A stretch of DNA of 64,000 nt, from the IMG/VR virus record IMGVR_UViG_3300038423_000674. The stretch is one strand, 5' to 3'. The position numbers and the translations under genes were made by a program. Positions 59,301-64,000 of the stretch are shown here, in pieces (within the stretch, counting starts at the first letter, position 1; each line of letters begins with the position of its first letter). The DNA is from an uncultured virus (IMG/VR IMGVR_UViG_3300038423_000674) (lineage: Duplodnaviria; Heunggongvirae; Uroviricota; Caudoviricetes). The notes under the pieces were generated by a model, which saw only the letters and a program-made list of their open reading frames with translations, did no database searches and had not been told where the DNA came from.

Positions 59301-59945
59301 GTCGGTCCCCGCCCCGCTCACGGCCAGGGCGTCGGACACGCCGGTCCCCGGGGGCGAGTTCAGGTAGTCGTCCGTCAGGGCCAGGGTGATCTCGTTGCCC
59401 ACGGCCCCCGGCAGGGTGGTGCCGAGGATGGTGCTGACGGCATGGGTCGAGTCCCATACCTTGAGGGACGAGAAGGCCGGGACCTGTGCCGACAGGTCCT
59501 CGTTGGGGACGAGCGTGTCGGTCCTCTTGAAGTAGTAGGTGATCTCGACGTTCTGGCCGGGCGTGACGAGCTCCTGCGTGGTGAAGGCCCCCGTCTCCCC
59601 GTCAAGGGAGATGACGGTGGCGGGTATCCCCTCCACCACGACCTGCACCTTGGACGAGTCGTCCGTCACCGTGCCGGACCCGTCCCCCGTGACCACGGGG
59701 AAGTAGGTGGCCTTGAACTGGTTGGTGATGGACTTCACCTGGTCGGAGATGTTCTCGTTCACGACCTGGTCGTCCGCCACGGGCGAGGAGCCGCGATGTA
59801 GCTCGACGTTGTCCTGGGCGAAGAACTCCTGCCCTTCCCCGATGATGACGGGGATGCGGGCGCTGCCGAAGAGGGGCTGCCCCCCTCCGCTGATGACGAC
59901 GCTCGTGTAGACTCCAGGCGGGGCATACGATCCGAATAGTGCCAT
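56397..59945 (-). CDS. contractile tail sheath protein
   Basis: N-terminal YAPPGVY; C-terminal KQFIGRK...VDVTVTFKPMFSLLYISVTFTV; 1182 aa with inserted domains. Confidence 0.9.
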   Translation of the reverse strand: MALFGSYAPPGVYTSVVISGGGQPLFGSARIPVIIGEGQEFFAQDNVELHRGSSPVADDQVVNENISDQVKSITNQFKATYFPVVTGDGSGTVTDDSSKVQVVVEGIPATVISLDGETGAFTTQELVTPGQNVEITYYFKRTDTLVPNEDLSAQVPAFSSLKVWDSTHAVSTILGTTLPGAVGNEITLALTDDYLNSPPGTGVSDALAVSGAGTDSISIDIRKTDGSVRDIEDLYSLVQAGIPTLDAGYLTATVPAPVTTSPPTAFPLSTMTATHFSGGAGPNSNMVFKVKHVPIVDGSNGGVVTTDPTKVAVLVNGASAKVRAVDGVHGLVTLLNPVTYGSTLAATYYTNTYQNTYDLLPASNVASITEVGLGPDRSDFIEDTDFVLGTDANGNGTINWGASTTTEVGTSTTGYTPFGPAQITTALVDEKVYLRPCHGSVNGSNLAFVLPDVPVDGSGLSRPTDDPSRIAVYVGADPVSALTAGAVRVVSLSGSTGAFSLYVPPTAGQGVYATYWRNTLNDHSYTVAVKSPGIPGQGTYSIKDEIGRVLPVATNGTNIVTDTNFNTTGIVWPSAFSDLWAEPGSIDEVVTLAFQDDGLSNISIPATQATLTAQGIVFTASSPGAAGNSVQVAFDTTGSGAPLVNGSKVTIRGSITQAAAAAQFPVTVSGISILASLAPGNTGSVLVQTAAPLNLSDGQDAVTEPYADRYLVTSSAAPKGSAGTGYLGQTYIDASTALKFTIVDPQEALGYGYTTLPSPQYAFRPGDTLTFVISSEAVRHTGSAYFPYGNAEPNNLVAIPGLTTKVATNFGANVGDTAIIDTFNKSGNEPLVGEFYYVSFTVAKAASDMTIKLYDTPEDAYAVYGQPSTVNRVSLGIQLLTQNGAQQFGVIQVPKQAGFNTASDADFISAIQSLAVALPGSTQKAAVVVPLSTSTSVHQFLSRFLITQAGVRNKGEAIGFVGYSLYTDASTARANARAVKNARMIAIGMPAAAVVLTDSQTGVGIEYSVSGEFMAAALAGLNLNPSNDVATTLTEQSLVGFSRLLVQYDDTTMNLMAADGLVCLTNNNGALFVRHYKSTDPSNPITSEPTCTTVTDYVCQLFRADLKQFIGRKLVDGLTTDISVVCYSRLNSLINNQIISGYKALNVVEDPDDPTTVDVTVTFKPMFSLLYISVTFTVTTSL

Positions 59946-60055
59946 GACGTTTCTCCTTAAGTTTCGACTATCAAGCCGCCGAACGGGCTCCTGCTAAAAC
60001 CCTGCTTTCACCAAATAGAAGCGAAAGTCTGTTTTCTTCCGCTATGCCTATGCAT

Positions 60056-60445
60056 TCAAGCCTTCTCCTGCGCAAAATCGGGGATTTCCACGGCACGTAC
60101 GGACGCTCCCTCGATGGGCTCGTAGTCGGATTTTCCCGTCCCGGTCGCCCGGAGCGCCCTGACCACCTTCTGGTCTCCGTAGAGTTCCCGGCGGACCCTT
60201 TCCCGGGCCTTCTGCCTGTCGTGGATACCCTCCCACCTCTTCTCCGCGTCCTTCCCCACCACCACGTCGAAGGATGGGTTCGTCATGTTGGCCGTGCCGA
60301 CTGCGGGAGCGCCCGACACTTGGTAGGTGCACCTCCCGCCGCATTTCGCCGGGCAGGGCCGGTCCCCGAAGGTCGCGGTCGCCATCGGCATGCGCACCTC
60401 CAGGTCTATCCCGCACTTGGAACACTTGAAGTCGTAGCTTTTCAT
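60056..60445 (-). CDS. FmdB-like zinc ribbon protein
   Basis: YDFKCSKCG...CPAKCG. Confidence 0.75.
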   Translation of the reverse strand: MKSYDFKCSKCGIDLEVRMPMATATFGDRPCPAKCGGRCTYQVSGAPAVGTANMTNPSFDVVVGKDAEKRWEGIHDRQKARERVRRELYGDQKVVRALRATGTGKSDYEPIEGASVRAVEIPDFAQEKA

Positions 60446-60582
60446 GGTGCCTCTCGTCCCGCCGCCAGGGCGGGAAACGCCTTCCGCCGCAGGGGTTACC
60501 CCGCTATAGAATATGGGGCATAGTTAATTTTCGGGACCGGCTTGCCAAAGGACTATCCGTTTCCTTAGGCAGGGGAGAGAGA

Positions 60583-61506
60583 ATGCAGACCGTAACTCAG
60601 GGGAAAGCCCTCGGGCCGGGCGACCTCAGCATCCTGGTGAGGGACTCGAACGGGGCGCTGATAGACCCCGCCATCATAGCCTACACCATATTCCAGGTCT
60701 CGGACAGGGTGCCGACGTTCGGCCAGCGGGCCTACGACTTCGACCTGGAGCAGCCGACCCACATGGCGGCCGCCACGGACACCAGCCTCGCCCTCGTGAC
60801 CCAGCCCAAGCTGGTCCCCGCGCGGAGCTCGCAGGGAGCCTACTTCGTGAACCTGACCGTGCCCACGATCTGGAAGGGCGTGTTCCGCCTGGTATGGTAC
60901 CTCGTGCAATACCACGGGCAGCCGGAGAGCCGGGTGTACGAGGACTTCGTCGTGCAGACCGTGGACCCGGCGAGCGCCTCGTTCGAGGCGGCCTCGGCGA
61001 TAATCGCCCCCCGCCCCGCCACCACGAACAAGTACGCCCCCGCCATCATGTACGTGAGGGAGCTGCTGAGCGACACCAACCCGGACAGGAACTACCATTT
61101 CAGGCCGCCCACGCCGGGCAAGGTCGTGGCGGGCTACACCAGCCGGGTGGGGTACATATGGCTCGACCCCACCATACTGAGGATGCTGGACATAGCGATA
61201 GCCAAGCTGAACACCTGGAACCCCAAGAACCTGACCAGCTACACCCTGGATTCCGTGCCCGCCGACTGGGGGAAGTGCGCGGCGGTGGGGGCGGCGGCGT
61301 CGTGCCTGAGCGCCGAGGGGGCGAGGTGGGCGGCGGACGAGTTCAGCTACAGCCTGAACGGCGTCAGCCTGGACATCAACAAGTCGTCATTGTATTTGTC
61401 GCTGGGCGAGAGCTACAAGGCGGAGTTCGCGGAGTGGGCACCGCTCATCACGGCCAACAGGCCGTTCAGCGCGGGCTTGAGACAGCAAAGGTGGCTTTTG
61501 GGCTAA
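60583..61506 (+). CDS. putative neck/head-tail connector protein
   Basis: DEFSYSLNGVSLDINKS; late-type motif upstream. Confidence 0.6.
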   Translation: MQTVTQGKALGPGDLSILVRDSNGALIDPAIIAYTIFQVSDRVPTFGQRAYDFDLEQPTHMAAATDTSLALVTQPKLVPARSSQGAYFVNLTVPTIWKGVFRLVWYLVQYHGQPESRVYEDFVVQTVDPASASFEAASAIIAPRPATTNKYAPAIMYVRELLSDTNPDRNYHFRPPTPGKVVAGYTSRVGYIWLDPTILRMLDIAIAKLNTWNPKNLTSYTLDSVPADWGKCAAVGAAASCLSAEGARWAADEFSYSLNGVSLDINKSSLYLSLGESYKAEFAEWAPLITANRPFSAGLRQQRWLLG

Positions 61507-61653
61507 GTGCTTTATTTTCAACAACTTTCAATGTCCCTACCCGGTTGAAGCACCTCTCGCACCGTTCGGTCGGCATCCCCTGCGGTCTCGGGGGAGGGGC
61601 GTTCGGCTGGCGTCCGGCAAGCATCTCGACGCAGTTCCGGCAGAGCATCTGGC

Positions 61654-61887
61654 CTACTTTCTGTTCCCAAAATCCTTCTTGTCGTTCCACCCGTACCTCA
61701 TCATGCTCTCGCTCATGTGCCAGCAGCCGAACTGAGAGCACCATTCCTCCAGCTCGGACTTTATCTCCTCGTCGCTCCAGTCCTTGGGGACCGAGACGAA
61801 CTCGCTGCGATCCGTGCCCCGGCTGCTGCGTATCCAGAACTCCAGCTTCCTCTTCCCGCCAGTCGGCGGGCAATAGTGCATCGGCAT
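61654..61887 (-). CDS. hypothetical early protein
   Basis: GGAGG RBS; 77 aa. Confidence 0.6.
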   Translation of the reverse strand: MPMHYCPPTGGKRKLEFWIRSSRGTDRSEFVSVPKDWSDEEIKSELEEWCSQFGCWHMSESMMRYGWNDKKDFGNRK

Positions 61888-61897
61888 GTCTTCCTCC

Positions 61898-62239
61898 CTA
61901 CCAGTCCTTCTCCCTGTAGACGTCGCGGTCGTCGAGGGGACGCCAGAAGACCGTCCCGGGCTTGGCCATCGCCGCTTCGATGTCGTCGGCGTTTGACGTC
62001 TCGCTGGAATAGTCCTTCAGGCAATGGGCGCTGATGCCGGTGATGCGGGAGAACTCGGCCCTGGACTTGACCGCCGCCATGATCATGACTTGCTTCCCAT
62101 TGCGGAAGTCGTCGGTGCATAGCACCTTCCTCCCGATGCAGTAGGGGCAGGGGACGGGCCTCGTCAGGGGGCCGTAGGGGATGCCCGTGGCACCCTCGTA
62201 CCTTCCCTTTCCATCGCATTCCGTGCAGGGCTTCTTCAT
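61898..62239 (-). CDS. hypothetical protein with DnaJ-type Zn motif
   Basis: CTECDGKG...CPYCIG. Confidence 0.65.
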   Translation of the reverse strand: MKKPCTECDGKGRYEGATGIPYGPLTRPVPCPYCIGRKVLCTDDFRNGKQVMIMAAVKSRAEFSRITGISAHCLKDYSSETSNADDIEAAMAKPGTVFWRPLDDRDVYREKDW

Positions 62240-62258
62240 GCCCGTCCCTCGTTCTTGT

Positions 62259-62498
62259 CTAGTCTAGGAGCTCCGACAGCTTCTCGTACGTCCAGTAGAC
62301 TTCCGAGTAGCCGTTCGAATGCCCGTCGTCCCACGCGATCTCGAACAGCCGGTCCTTCTTCGGGTGTAATTTCAGCCCGAACTTCTTCTCCAGGTCCGTC
62401 TTGAACAGCATCCTGAGGCGGTAGTCCTCGGCCCGGTAGGCGTCCCGGGAAACGTTCTTGTATTCAAGCTTGTTTTCGTACTTCTTGAGGTCCATCAT
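62259..62498 (-). CDS. hypothetical early protein
   Basis: AWDDGHSNGYSEV; directly behind a promoter repeat. Confidence 0.7.
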   Translation of the reverse strand: MMDLKKYENKLEYKNVSRDAYRAEDYRLRMLFKTDLEKKFGLKLHPKKDRLFEIAWDDGHSNGYSEVYWTYEKLSELLD

Positions 62499-62520
62499 CG
62501 GGCGTCACCTTTCCTTTCCA

Positions 62521-62562
62521 CCTATAGAATACACGATGCTACACGAAATTTTCGGGGAATTC
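62521..62562 (-). promoter_or_regulatory. early-type promoter repeat
   Basis: Reverse complement GAATTCCCCGAAAATTTCGTGTAGCATCGTGTATTCTATAGG. Confidence 0.8.
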
Positions 62563-63580
62563 ATTGTACTGTTGAAGGTGATGATGACAGATTTAGGGTA
62601 GCTTTGTTCCGGAAGCACTCAGTCATCTTAAACCACTCTTCATGTGTAAAAGCATTCCCCTTACCATCGTTGCATTTCCAACAACATACCACCAAGTTAA
62701 AGGCTTCATACCCCACATTGTTGTCCATCCGGTCAAGATTATAACGAGGAGAACTGCCGATGTTCAGGTTGTACATCTTCCACTCTACAGACGAATGGCA
62801 ATAATGGCAATGATCCTGCTTGGTGAACTCCAAAAATTCCTCATAGGTAAGTGTAAAGCTCCGTCTTCGTTTTCTCCTCTGATTCGCTTGCAAATTGCTG
62901 CTTTTGAACCAGTTATACATCGCCTCAAATGGGCGTAAACGTTGCTCTACTTTTTCCCTTTTGCGCCCACAGGCCTCACACATGGCGGGAGGGTCATTGA
63001 GAACCTTGGTCAGCTTAATATCTTTTACGAGACCACAGCACAGATACTGGCAACTGACCTGGGTTTGCCCCTTTTTATTTGGCGACGCCAGCGACAGTAC
63101 TTTTACGCCGTCATAAGTCTTTCCTATGGCCTCAGCCGCCTCCAACGCCGACTTTGCCAAAATTTGTGCCTTGTGGGCCACCGTTCCACGAACATCTCCA
63201 CACAAAGGGCAACCTTGACCATGACTTCGATGATTGTGATATAACTGAAAATAGTCTGGATGCTCGTTCTTTTTGAGAGGGCAATGAAACCAGTAACTGA
63301 CAGCATTACCCTTCCATACCTGCCCTTTAACCATATCAGGACAACGGCGTTCGGCTTCCTCGATTGTAAGTCTTTTCACATTTCCCCTCTTTATGTTCCC
63401 GCATACTGGACAACCCTTACCCTGTTGATGAACATAATAAGCTTGCTGGTAATCGGGGTGCCTGCTATCAGGGACAAGGCAGCGAAACCAATATTTGGCT
63501 GCTGCATTCTTCCATACTTGTCCCTTGATAATTTCTGGGTAACGACACTCAACTTCTTTGATGGTCAACCTTATTGGCAT
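62561..63580 (-). CDS. HNH-type homing endonuclease with two N-terminal Zn-ribbon repeats
   Basis: Two KGQVWK...WF.C...HPDY.Q...GCP.CG repeats; CHYC...LDRMDNNVGY...N.VVCCWKCN; AT-rich. Confidence 0.75.
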   Translation of the reverse strand: MPIRLTIKEVECRYPEIIKGQVWKNAAAKYWFRCLVPDSRHPDYQQAYYVHQQGKGCPVCGNIKRGNVKRLTIEEAERRCPDMVKGQVWKGNAVSYWFHCPLKKNEHPDYFQLYHNHRSHGQGCPLCGDVRGTVAHKAQILAKSALEAAEAIGKTYDGVKVLSLASPNKKGQTQVSCQYLCCGLVKDIKLTKVLNDPPAMCEACGRKREKVEQRLRPFEAMYNWFKSSNLQANQRRKRRRSFTLTYEEFLEFTKQDHCHYCHSSVEWKMYNLNIGSSPRYNLDRMDNNVGYEAFNLVVCCWKCNDGKGNAFTHEEWFKMTECFRNKATLNLSSSPSTVQ

Positions 63581-63608
63581 ATGCCCCTTTAACTCTAAAG
63601 CCTTCCCA

Positions 63609-63649
63609 CCTATAGTATACACCGGGATACACAAAACCTTCAAGGATTC
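63609..63649 (-). promoter_or_regulatory. early-type promoter repeat
   Basis: Reverse complement GAATCCTTGAAGGTTTTGTGTATCCCGGTGTATACTATAGG. Confidence 0.8.
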
Positions 63650-63680
63650 TTCTACCGTTTCCCTAAGCAGGAGAGCAAGG

Positions 63681-64000
63681 ATGGTGACGGAGCTGCTCGT
63701 CCTCAATTCGAGCTACGTCGGGAGCCGAGACCTCTGGTGGGTCGACGACCCCGAGGCCACGCAGGGCTACCACGTCTATCGGGCCCACGACTACCCGGCG
63801 AACTGGCGGAAGCTCAACCCCGGCGCATGGAAGGGGCATTTCTGGAGGGACCAGGCGGCCCTGGAGGAAGTCCAATACCAGGTCCAGGACTCGGACTGGG
63901 TGGACAGGGGGAAACTGGGCAAGTGGGGGTTCAGGCTTCCGGACGCCCCCTATTCCGACGTCGTGGCGGCGAGGCCCGTCCTGGCCACCAGCCCCGACGA
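63681..64000 (+). CDS. putative virion protein, 5' part only
   Basis: Not in the ORF track; MVTELLVLNSSYVGSRDLWW...GYHVYRA; AGGAG RBS and late-type motif upstream. Confidence 0.6.
   Translation, partial: MVTELLVLNSSYVGSRDLWWVDDPEATQGYHVYRAHDYPANWRKLNPGAWKGHFWRDQAALEEVQYQVQDSDWVDRGKLGKWGFRLPDAPYSDVVAARPVLATSPD

Noticed and set aside
56148..59801. 1217-aa + strand ORF
   Set aside because: Antisense shadow of the sheath gene caused by high GC3; no motifs.
1..64000. Stop-codon recoding, tRNAs, or DGR/retron elements
   Set aside because: Genes are intact in code 11 with all three stops used; I saw no cloverleaf, reverse transcriptase or TR/VR pair by eye. tRNAscan was not run.

Overview
This GC-rich window looks like part of a large myovirus (probably a jumbo phage). 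All calls come from reading motifs by eye, with no database searches. Left to right it contains: (1) an Ogg-type glycosylase and an intein-containing DNA methyltransferase; (2) an ~11 kb glycosylation/O-methylation operon; (3) two PEP-CTERM genes; (4) a collagen-like fibre gene and the terminase large subunit; (5) a + strand block of small early-type genes punctuated by a conserved promoter-like repeat; (6) a - strand morphogenesis module with head-associated multidomain proteins, major capsid, decoration, scaffold, prohead protease, tail tube and tail sheath. PEP-CTERM and PEGA proteins suggest an Acidobacteria-like host (inference). The most notable observations are: head-module polyproteins whose unrelated modules (an RpoD region 4, TPR, Zn fingers, an ART-like domain) are bounded by K-x-A motifs also seen at the termini of the protease and capsid protein; an intein whose central region is dual-coding and hides a complete HNH endonuclease in the +1 frame; two distinct non-canonical promoter motifs (early-type and late-type); nested internal starts with similar N-termini; and a recurrent S-P-P motif in virion proteins, in a phage that encodes its own glycosyltransferases. 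I saw no tRNA, rRNA, CRISPR array, integrase or reverse transcriptase.
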